DNA of 64,000 nucleotides from NCBI GenBank assembly GCA_944336475.1, contig CALVLD010000004.1, positions 24,601 to 88,600 of the forward strand. Reading direction: 5' to 3'. Both the position numbers and the translations under genes were made by a program. Of the stretch, positions 8,904 through 17,090 are shown piece by piece. The notes beneath the pieces are model-generated. The model made no database searches. It saw only the letters and a program-made list of their open reading frames with translations, and was not told the origin of the DNA. How positions within the stretch are numbered: the stretch's first letter is position 1; every line of letters starts with the position of its first letter. The DNA is from an uncultured Clostridia bacterium. Lineage in GTDB: Bacteria; Bacillota; Clostridia; Christensenellales; CAG-138.

Positions 8904-11015
8904 ATGAAGAAAACGCTTTCCACAGCTTTGCTGCTAATTTTTGTGCTTACGCTTGTTTCGTGCGCCGGCAGCAAAGCGGTCGAGTTTCAAAATGCAGATT
9001 TTGAGGCGCTTGATAATGAACTGCCAGCCGGCTGGACGATCGACATATTCGATGATAGTGCAGGCAGCATTGTAGCGGCGAGTTGGGATGACGAAAGACA
9101 GAATGTTGTTTACTTCAGCAATTCCGCCCCTAATGATGCTCGCATATGTCAGACCATCGACGTTGAGCCTGATACGACATACATGATCTCCTGCTACATT
9201 AAGACTTCAGGAGTAGCCGGGGGAGCCGGTGCAAATATCGGTGTTAAAGATATAGCCGTTACATCTTCTCCAGTAACCGGCACTATGGGTTGGCAGCGTG
9301 TTGAGCTTATAGGCAAAACTGCCGGAGATCAAACAGAGCTTACAGTCCGCCTCGGGCTTGGTGGGTATGGAGCTGTTTCATCCGGAGAAGCCTGGTTTGA
9401 CTGTGTTGACATCAAGGCTGTAGACGTATCTACCGGCGTGATGCTTGGCAAGGCGGAGCAATCGCAATCCTCGTCAAGCGGAACTGGCGCTGCTGATGTC
9501 GTGTTCCCATCTGCCGGTATAGCTATTTGTACAGTCCTGACAGCTGCGCTGATGCTTGCAATGTACTCAATCTATATTTCACAAAGGCGGCGTAACACCG
9601 AGCTCTGTAAGAGACCGCAGACCACAAAACTCATGGTATTCCTCCTGCTTGCAGCAGCTTTTATCGTCAGGATCATAATATCCATAGCTGTGACGGGCCA
9701 TAAGGGAGACATATCCTGCTTCACCTACTGGGGCAACCGCATTGCGCAGACCGGCATGGGCACATTTTACGAGACGTGGTGTGACTATCCTCCTGGCTAT
9801 ATGCTTGTGTTGGGGATCATGTCAAAGCTGAGCAATCTGCTTGGCGCAGGTGTATATACCGCATCCGGCACATATAATGCCGTTTACATAATGCTGATGA
9901 AACTGCCGTGTGTCATTGCGGATATTGCATCGGCATATCTGGTGTATGTATTGGCAAAACGGGTGATGTCGCAGGGTTCAGCGACTGCGCTCATGTCATT
10001 TGTTGCATTTTCACCGATAATGATCTATGTCTCGTCGGCTTGGGGGCAGATAGATCAGGTTTTTACCGTGCTCATAATAATTGCGATTCTCCTGTTCAAT
10101 ATGCGCCGTCCGATAATTGCGGGGCTTGTGTATGGCCTGGCGATCACTGTGAAGCCGCAGGCACTTATGGTAGGGCCGATATTTGCCGCCGCATACATAT
10201 TGTATGTCCTTCGAGGCATGGACAAATACCCGTTTGACAGAAGGTTCAGCCTTTCAGGAATATTCAAAATCAAGAGGGACACTCTCTGGCTACGCTTACT
10301 TGAAACCTTCACCGCCGTCATGGGGGCCGTTGCGGTAATAGTACTTGTTGCGCTGCCGTTTACGGGCGAACAGGAGTGGTATTGGCTTATTGAAAAATAC
10401 TACAACACCGCCACCTCGTATAATTATGCGACGGTCAATGCCTATAACTTCTGGGCTTTGGTCGGTGCAAATTGGACAAAGACGTCAGAACCCTTCGCAG
10501 GCCTTACCTATGGCGACTGGGGTACGATATTCATGGCGCTTTTTATAGTTGTGTCAACGCTGTTATATATGTTTGCAGGCTTTAAGGACAGGGTATTGAA
10601 AGTCGGAAAAAGGAAGGAAAGCATTGCTTACGCTCTGCCGCTTACAATGGCGTTTATGCTGGCAGGTATCTTCACGTTCGGCCACTTCATGCATGAACGC
10701 TACCTGTTCCCCGTGCTTATGCTCATAATGGTAGCATACGTTCTCTGCGACGACATACGCCTGCTGTGGACGTACATGGGATACAGCGTCACAATGATGC
10801 TCAACTGTATGGCGGCGTTCTATTATTCTGAAAACATGAGTGCATATCAGGAAGCCGGATATGACCGTTCGCTGATATTTAACGACACCATAATATTTGT
10901 TGGCTCACTTCTGAGTATACTCATGTTTGCGTGGTTTGCTTATGTTACGTTTGATCTTATCATCCGCAACAACCCCCTTACAGGCACATCTAAATTACCT
11001 ATGGATAAGGAGTAG
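8904..11015 (+). CDS. Lipoprotein-signal, CBM-like ectodomain fused to a polytopic GT-C-type glycosyltransferase
   Basis: The start at ATG 8904 (GGAG 6 nt upstream) gives MKKTLSTALLLIFVLTLVSC, a signal peptide with a lipobox. A CBM_4_9-like pattern follows (NADFE..PAGW...TYMISCYIK...EAWFDCVDI). Then come a Ser-rich linker and at least 10 hydrophobic segments. The first external loop carries WCDYPPGY, reminiscent of GT-C (ALG6/8 and GT87-like) catalytic loops. Confidence 0.75.
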   Translation: MKKTLSTALLLIFVLTLVSCAGSKAVEFQNADFEALDNELPAGWTIDIFDDSAGSIVAASWDDERQNVVYFSNSAPNDARICQTIDVEPDTTYMISCYIKTSGVAGGAGANIGVKDIAVTSSPVTGTMGWQRVELIGKTAGDQTELTVRLGLGGYGAVSSGEAWFDCVDIKAVDVSTGVMLGKAEQSQSSSSGTGAADVVFPSAGIAICTVLTAALMLAMYSIYISQRRRNTELCKRPQTTKLMVFLLLAAAFIVRIIISIAVTGHKGDISCFTYWGNRIAQTGMGTFYETWCDYPPGYMLVLGIMSKLSNLLGAGVYTASGTYNAVYIMLMKLPCVIADIASAYLVYVLAKRVMSQGSATALMSFVAFSPIMIYVSSAWGQIDQVFTVLIIIAILLFNMRRPIIAGLVYGLAITVKPQALMVGPIFAAAYILYVLRGMDKYPFDRRFSLSGIFKIKRDTLWLRLLETFTAVMGAVAVIVLVALPFTGEQEWYWLIEKYYNTATSYNYATVNAYNFWALVGANWTKTSEPFAGLTYGDWGTIFMALFIVVSTLLYMFAGFKDRVLKVGKRKESIAYALPLTMAFMLAGIFTFGHFMHERYLFPVLMLIMVAYVLCDDIRLLWTYMGYSVTMMLNCMAAFYYSENMSAYQEAGYDRSLIFNDTIIFVGSLLSILMFAWFAYVTFDLIIRNNPLTGTSKLPMDKE

Positions 11016-11018
11016 AGA

Positions 11019-13904
11019 ATGATCGGAGCAAAGGAACCTGTATTTACGAAAGGAGTCAATGTGACAAAGCGTATTCTCTCTGTTTTACTGATAATGATGC
11101 TGGCTGCCATCCCCGTTGCAGCCTTTGCCGAGGATAATGGGCTGATAGTTAACGGTGGTTTTGAAGACCCCGATACCTTTGATTCAACCAAGCCGGCAGG
11201 TTGGCTCTTTGACTCCTATGCGGATACCTATGATAACAGGCCCGAGGTCTCGGAAGCCTGCCTCGAGTATGACTCTGCTCGCAGCGGCAATGTCCTCATG
11301 ATCGAAAATACTGAGGCTGATGACACGGCGATATTCCAGACCATAACGGTCGAGCCTTCATCGGTATATCGGCTCTCATGCTGGATACGAACCGAGAATG
11401 TTGAAGGCGGAGCAGGTGCGAATATTGCGCTCAGAGGCGATCTCATATGCAGATCCGAGCCCGTTGTAGGAACTACCGACTGGAGCTATGTTGAGCTCAT
11501 CGGCAAGACGGATATCCTCCAGAGTTCTATAACCGTGTCATGCCGTTTGGGTGGTTACAGCGCCACTTCAAAGGGCAAAGCATGGTTCGATGACTTTGCC
11601 GTTGAAAAGCTCGAAGACTACAGCGGCAGCAATATTGTCCGATTCTATTCCGCCGACGTGGATGATGACGCATCGGGTGATAAAGGGGCTAGCCCTGCAA
11701 AGACTATACTCGTTATACTGGGTATAGCGCTTGGGCTTGTTGTTGTTGCCGCTATAGTAATGATCATATTGCGCAGCATTTCAGGCAAGCGCAACGGCGG
11801 CAACGGAGGAGACGGCTCAAAAACCTCGCATGATGACAACAAAGCAGGTGCGAATACAAAGTCCATGAGCGGGAAAGAACGTGCCATGGACGAGTTGGCC
11901 GGGCGATCATATTTTGACACTCGTGCTAATTCTATGCCTGCACCGACAGACACCCGTTTACATTTTAAGAAGCTCGATTGGATACTTGTTATCTGCCTTA
12001 CTGCAGTATACGGCGTGGTTGCACTGCTGAATCTTGGCACCACAAAGTCACCGGAAAGCTACTATCTCAGTGAGACTCCAAACGAGTCGGTGCGCATTGA
12101 CTTTGACGGATCCTATGTAGTTTCGGAAATCTGGAATCATACAGGTATATGCAATGATGCCAACTACCTGATAGTAAATGATTCAGGCGAGACAATATCC
12201 CACGAAATAATCTATGGCGAAATGTATCGCTGGACGAAGCTCAAGAACTCTTCAAATGTAGTATGGGGCTTTAATAACAGTACCACAGGGGTCACCATAA
12301 CCTCTCAGGCTGGTGGAACTTGGATAAATGAGCTCGTATTTTTTGATGAAAACGGGGAGATCATTCCCTGCGTGGCGTCGGGAGCAGCTCTTGCGCTTGT
12401 GGATGAGCAGGACACTGTTCCTGAGCATATCAGCTATTTCAATGGGATGTATTTTGATGAGCTGTACCATGGCCGCACTGCATATGAGATGCTGAATAAC
12501 ATGGACAATCTCTACGAGACGACCCACCCGCCTCTTGGAAAGCTGCTCATTTCCATTGGTATTGCAATATTTGGAATGAACCCGTTCGGGTGGAGGATAA
12601 TTGGCGCATTATTCGGAGTGGCAATGGTTCCCATAATGTATTGCTTTGGCAAGCGCCTTTTCAAAAAAACGGAGTATGCTTTCCTTACGGCATTCTTAAT
12701 GGCTTTTGATTTCATGCATTTTACGCAGACAAGGATAGCCACGATCGATGTATTTGGTGTATTCTTTATTATGCTTATGACCTACTTTATGTATAAATTC
12801 ATAAGCATGGATATAGGGGACAGCACGAATAAGATGCTGTTGCCGCTTGCACTATCCGGAATTTTCTTTGGACTTGGCTGCGCAAGCAAATGGATAGGAC
12901 TGTATACCGGGGTTGCGCTTGCGATAATGTTCTTTTCTAAGCTCATTATTATGGGCATTAAGAGCTATCGGCTGAAGCACGCAAAATCGGAATACCATGA
13001 TCTTTCTGCCAGGTTCTGGAAGCGCAGCTGCATACTCTGCGCATGGTGCCTGATATTCTTTATTATCGTGCCTATCGGCATCTACTGCGCGTCTTACTTT
13101 AGGTACTATACTGGCGACTGGAAGCCCGAAGCGCAGGAGGCGATAAAGCGCGAAATGGCTCAGTCGGGCGAATACACCGCCGAACAGCTTGCGGAGATCG
13201 ATGTTGAGGACATTGAGATACCATTTTCGGAGGCTGTCGACATCTACCTCAACGGTGTTTGGAATAATCAGACTTATATGCTCAACTACCACAGCGGAAC
13301 TGGCATGAATCACAACGCTGCCTCGGTGTGGTGGGAGTGGGTGCTTAACCTGCGGCCAACGTGGTTCTACGTTGGGTATGATACTCCAGGCGAGAATAAC
13401 GTCAGTACCATAAGTACATTCGGCAACCCCGCTGTTTGGTTGGCATGTTTTGTCGGCACGGTTGCACTTGTCGTCATGCTTATCCGCAAAATAAAGCGAA
13501 TTCCGACCGATGTGTTTATGATGTTCATCTGCATGGCCTCCTCTCTACTGCCATGGGTATTTGTTACAAGAAGCACTTATGCCTACCATTACTTTGCAAC
13601 GGTTCCGTTTATAATAATGGCTTCGGTATACGCACTGAAGTATGCAGAGGAAAGACGGGCGATAGAGGCAGAATATCTCGACAAGCCGAAGAAGTCAGTT
13701 CTGCCCTATGTCAAGTGGGTTTGGATGGCGGTTGTCTTGCTGCTATTCGGCCTATTCTATCCTGTAATATCCGGCTTGCCCGCACCTCGTGATTATGTTG
13801 CTGCCCTGCAGTGGGTACCGTTCTTTAAGTTTGAGACTGCAAACGGACGTGTGATTCGTATTGGCTGGACATTTACAAGCTATGAAATCACCTACGGAGG
13901 ATGA
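11019..13904 (+). CDS. CBM-like ectodomain fused to a GT39/PMT-family (polyprenol-phosphate-sugar dependent) glycosyltransferase
   Basis: Signal peptide ...LAAIPVAAFA; a GTG at 11061 with an AGGAG is an alternative start. The CBM_4_9-like domain is paralogous to the upstream gene. TM segment and Gly/Asn/Lys linker follow. PMT core: YFDELYHGRTAYEMLN..ETTHPPLGKLLISIGIAIFG, with the DE motif at nt 12456-12461. The C-terminal part is multi-TM. Confidence 0.88.
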   Translation: MIGAKEPVFTKGVNVTKRILSVLLIMMLAAIPVAAFAEDNGLIVNGGFEDPDTFDSTKPAGWLFDSYADTYDNRPEVSEACLEYDSARSGNVLMIENTEADDTAIFQTITVEPSSVYRLSCWIRTENVEGGAGANIALRGDLICRSEPVVGTTDWSYVELIGKTDILQSSITVSCRLGGYSATSKGKAWFDDFAVEKLEDYSGSNIVRFYSADVDDDASGDKGASPAKTILVILGIALGLVVVAAIVMIILRSISGKRNGGNGGDGSKTSHDDNKAGANTKSMSGKERAMDELAGRSYFDTRANSMPAPTDTRLHFKKLDWILVICLTAVYGVVALLNLGTTKSPESYYLSETPNESVRIDFDGSYVVSEIWNHTGICNDANYLIVNDSGETISHEIIYGEMYRWTKLKNSSNVVWGFNNSTTGVTITSQAGGTWINELVFFDENGEIIPCVASGAALALVDEQDTVPEHISYFNGMYFDELYHGRTAYEMLNNMDNLYETTHPPLGKLLISIGIAIFGMNPFGWRIIGALFGVAMVPIMYCFGKRLFKKTEYAFLTAFLMAFDFMHFTQTRIATIDVFGVFFIMLMTYFMYKFISMDIGDSTNKMLLPLALSGIFFGLGCASKWIGLYTGVALAIMFFSKLIIMGIKSYRLKHAKSEYHDLSARFWKRSCILCAWCLIFFIIVPIGIYCASYFRYYTGDWKPEAQEAIKREMAQSGEYTAEQLAEIDVEDIEIPFSEAVDIYLNGVWNNQTYMLNYHSGTGMNHNAASVWWEWVLNLRPTWFYVGYDTPGENNVSTISTFGNPAVWLACFVGTVALVVMLIRKIKRIPTDVFMMFICMASSLLPWVFVTRSTYAYHYFATVPFIIMASVYALKYAEERRAIEAEYLDKPKKSVLPYVKWVWMAVVLLLFGLFYPVISGLPAPRDYVAALQWVPFFKFETANGRVIRIGWTFTSYEITYGG

Positions 13905-14398
13905 ACATTATGAAGGATAAAAAACAAACGATTCTTCAGTTTTTGAAGTTTGCTGCCGTAGGCGTTCTCAATACGCTCGTGGATATGGGTGTGTTTTACA
14001 TCCTTACAAATTTCCTTGATTTCAGCTCACTGCCTGCACAGGTGATATCATACACTTGCGGTGTGCTGAACAGCTACTTTTTCAACTCGATCTGGACATT
14101 CAAAAGGGAGCACAAGCGTTCAGCCAGGGAGTTTGCTCTGTTTGTCGGCGTAAATCTTGCAACGCTTGCGCTCTCAGCCGGCCTGTTGCAGTTCTTGCAG
14201 TTTGTCGTTTTCAAAGACGGTACATTTGCGAGAACGCTCTACTGCACATTCCTGGGAAGGTTCTTTGAGAGTGCCGAAAGCCTCAATGCTATGATGTGTA
14301 AGATTATCTCACTGCCTTTTACATGGGTTTTCAATTTTTTGCTGAACAAGCTGTTGGTTTTCAAACGCAGTGCAGAAGGAGCTGATAAAGAGAAGTAA
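13901..14398 (+). CDS. GtrA-family membrane protein (putative polyprenol-phosphate-sugar flippase)
   Basis: 165 aa with four hydrophobic segments. The N-terminus LKFAAVGVLNTLVDMGVFYIL is typical of GtrA-like proteins. ATGA overlap with the preceding gene. Confidence 0.88.
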   Translation: MNIMKDKKQTILQFLKFAAVGVLNTLVDMGVFYILTNFLDFSSLPAQVISYTCGVLNSYFFNSIWTFKREHKRSAREFALFVGVNLATLALSAGLLQFLQFVVFKDGTFARTLYCTFLGRFFESAESLNAMMCKIISLPFTWVFNFLLNKLLVFKRSAEGADKEK

Positions 14399-15930
14399 TG
14401 CTTGCAAAGCTGAAAAGCTACGGGGTTTTAGGCATTTCGGGCTGGCCTATAAATGTTGAGGTAGACCTGTCCTATGGCTTTGTACGTTATGATACCGTGG
14501 GGCTTCCGGATATTGCTGTCAGGGAGTCAAGGGAGAGAGTCAGATCGGCTATTGTAAACAGTGGTTTCTCGTTTCCGGATGCTCGTATAGTCGTTAACCT
14601 TGCTCCTGCGGATATACGCAAAGTTGGCACTACATATGATCTGCCCATTGCACTCGGTATTCTTGCGGCTCAAGGGCTCATCAGTCCTATGATCGCCGAG
14701 GAATATGTAATACTTGGCGAGCTTGCGCTCGACGGCAGCGTAAGAGCGGTTACAGGCGTTCTGCCCATGATAATAGATGCATATGAGCACGGTGAAAGAA
14801 AAGTCATACTCCCGGTTGAGAATGCGGAGGAAGCATCCTTCGTTGACGGCATGAATGTCTACCCCGTTGCATCTCTGAGAGATGCGTGTGATTTCTTGAG
14901 ACAGACTCTGGAGATAGAACCGTTCCCGCCAACGCCGTGGAGCGGCTCTGTTGAGGCAAGTACGCATGACTTTTCTCAGATTCGGGGTCAGGCGGCGGCA
15001 AAGCGCGCTGCAGAGATTGCAGCTGCAGGGAATCATAACATGCTGATGATAGGCACTCCGGGCTCGGGTAAAACGATGCTCGCCAGGAGCCTGCCGTCGA
15101 TATTGCCGGCGCTTACACTAGATGAAGCGCTTGAAATATCAAAGATACATTCGGTTGCGGGTGAGCTTCGCACAAGCGGGGGCATCGTCCGTGAGAGACC
15201 ATTCCGTGCACCGCATCATTCGGCATCAATACCGGCTATTGTCGGCGGCGGTTCAAATGCACGGCCGGGAGAGATAAGCCTATCTCATTACGGCGTCCTC
15301 TTTATGGACGAGTTTCCTGAGTTTCCCACAAATGTGCTTGAGGCAATGCGACAGCCGCTCGAGGACGGATTTGTAACCATTACAAGAGCGTCGGCAAAAT
15401 CGACATATCCAGCCGATTTTATGCTTGTTGCAGCTATGAACCCCTGCCCGTGCGGTAATTTTGGGTCAAAGATCAATTCATGCCGGTGCTCTGCCGGACA
15501 GATCTCACGATATGTTAACAGAATCAGTTCACCCCTGCTTGATAGGCTTGATATCCATGTTGAAATGACCGAGGTCAGCTACGATGACCTCGTATCTGAG
15601 GTAGATGCTGAATGCTCTGATATCATCCGCAGCAGGGTAAGCGAGGCAAGGGCAGTCCAGCGCAGCCGCTTTGCCTCTGACGGTATTATGTTCAATTCGC
15701 AGCTAAGTGGGCGGCAGATAAAGCATTATTGTCGTTTGACCTCCGATGCCGAAGCTCTCCTGCGAGTTGCATATGATAGGCTTAAGCTGTCTGCAAGGGC
15801 ATACACTCGGGTCATCAAGGTAGCTCGTACGATTGCAGACCTGGATCATGCAGAAACAATAGGAAAGAAGCATATCGCTGAAGCGGTGCAGTATAGAGGA
15901 TTGGGTGAAAAATATTGGGAAAGAGTATGA
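14398..15930 (+). CDS. yifB: YifB/ComM-family Mg-chelatase-like AAA+ ATPase
   Basis: Lon-protease-like N-terminal domain, Walker A GTPGSGKTM, FMDEFPEF, and ChlI-type C-terminus. The start shares one nucleotide with the gtrA-like stop (TAATG). Confidence 0.93.
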   Translation: MLAKLKSYGVLGISGWPINVEVDLSYGFVRYDTVGLPDIAVRESRERVRSAIVNSGFSFPDARIVVNLAPADIRKVGTTYDLPIALGILAAQGLISPMIAEEYVILGELALDGSVRAVTGVLPMIIDAYEHGERKVILPVENAEEASFVDGMNVYPVASLRDACDFLRQTLEIEPFPPTPWSGSVEASTHDFSQIRGQAAAKRAAEIAAAGNHNMLMIGTPGSGKTMLARSLPSILPALTLDEALEISKIHSVAGELRTSGGIVRERPFRAPHHSASIPAIVGGGSNARPGEISLSHYGVLFMDEFPEFPTNVLEAMRQPLEDGFVTITRASAKSTYPADFMLVAAMNPCPCGNFGSKINSCRCSAGQISRYVNRISSPLLDRLDIHVEMTEVSYDDLVSEVDAECSDIIRSRVSEARAVQRSRFASDGIMFNSQLSGRQIKHYCRLTSDAEALLRVAYDRLKLSARAYTRVIKVARTIADLDHAETIGKKHIAEAVQYRGLGEKYWERV

Positions 15931-17051
15931 CAACGTATAACGAACGAGAAAGAACCTGGCTCTGGCTCAATCAGGCACTTGGCACAAATGTTCGTTTGAT
16001 TTTTGACATTGTAGACGCAGATGGCGATTTTGATACATTACGGCAGCGAGCCCTGTCTGGGGAATTGATTGTCGGCAAGCATAGGTTAAAGCCGGAACAG
16101 CACAAAAATCTGCTTTTGATGGCTAATGACTCGTTCATTGACGGCTATATAGAAAAGCTGCATAAAATCGGCGTTACTGCCGTGACCTTTGATAGCGCGG
16201 ATTACCCTAATCTGCTAAGGCATATATATGACCCGCCAACGGTTCTCTATGTTGTCGGCAAGCTGCATAGCGATATGACACTGCCGTTTGCAATAATTGG
16301 TTCGAGGAAAGCCTCGCAATATGGCGCGGAAATGTCGGAGAGATTCGCATATGAATTAGCGGGGCGTGGATTTTGCATCGTTTCCGGGATGGCGATGGGG
16401 TGCGATTCTGCCGCAGCCAGGGGCGCTCTGCGTTCTGTAGACAACGATAATCCCACGATTGCGGTGCTGGGCAGCGGCGTAGACGTTATCTATCCGCCGA
16501 GCGGGCGCAGACTGTATGAGCAGATCGCTGCCAGAGGGGCGGTTATATCCGAGCTGCCACCGGGTTCAGAGCCCTCCCGTTTCTCCTTCCCACAGCGAAA
16601 TCGGATAATCAGCGGTATTTCCATGGGGGTTCTTGTTGCCGAAGCCGGGCTTAAAAGTGGCACGTTAATAACGATAGACTTTGCGCACGATCAGGGCAGG
16701 GATGTGTTTGCAATTCCCGGAAGGCTTACAGATGTGACCAGCATGGGAACCAACCGTCTTATTCAGAGCGGTGCAGCGAAGGCTGTATTTGACATAAGCG
16801 ATATTCTGTTTGAATATGGTTTCCGGATAGAGGACGATAACCCCGGTGCCTCAATGGCCTCGGAGATCGATGTTAACTCTTTGCCGAAGCAACACAGACG
16901 GATATATGACCTTCTGCTTACCGGTGAACAGAGTATAGATGAGATATATGTTAAAGCAGGAATACCAATATCCGATTTGAATATGTACTTGACAGAAATG
17001 GAATTATCGGGAATAATAAAGCAGCTGTCGCACAAGGTATACAGTGTGTAA
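15927..17051 (+). CDS. dprA: DNA processing protein DprA (Smf)
   Basis: Rossmann-like DprA core IIGSRKASQYG...LGSGVDVIYP...RNRIISG. The ATG at 15927 overlaps the yifB stop (ATGA). Confidence 0.93.
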   Translation: MTTYNERERTWLWLNQALGTNVRLIFDIVDADGDFDTLRQRALSGELIVGKHRLKPEQHKNLLLMANDSFIDGYIEKLHKIGVTAVTFDSADYPNLLRHIYDPPTVLYVVGKLHSDMTLPFAIIGSRKASQYGAEMSERFAYELAGRGFCIVSGMAMGCDSAAARGALRSVDNDNPTIAVLGSGVDVIYPPSGRRLYEQIAARGAVISELPPGSEPSRFSFPQRNRIISGISMGVLVAEAGLKSGTLITIDFAHDQGRDVFAIPGRLTDVTSMGTNRLIQSGAAKAVFDISDILFEYGFRIEDDNPGASMASEIDVNSLPKQHRRIYDLLLTGEQSIDEIYVKAGIPISDLNMYLTEMELSGIIKQLSHKVYSV

Positions 17052-17090
17052 ACCCGTATGCCAAAATGAAAGGATAGGGATTCAGCTTAT

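Noticed and set aside
8809-8905. 32-codon Cys-rich upstream ORF (MMAIAQVYTLCRCCSICKRCVIIESSNIWRCL) whose TGA overlaps the ATG of the first GT-C gene.
   Set aside because: It has no SD. The best promoter element (TGtTATAAT, 8868-8876) lies inside it, so it would probably not be on the mRNA. It could only be rescued by TSS mapping showing an upstream start.
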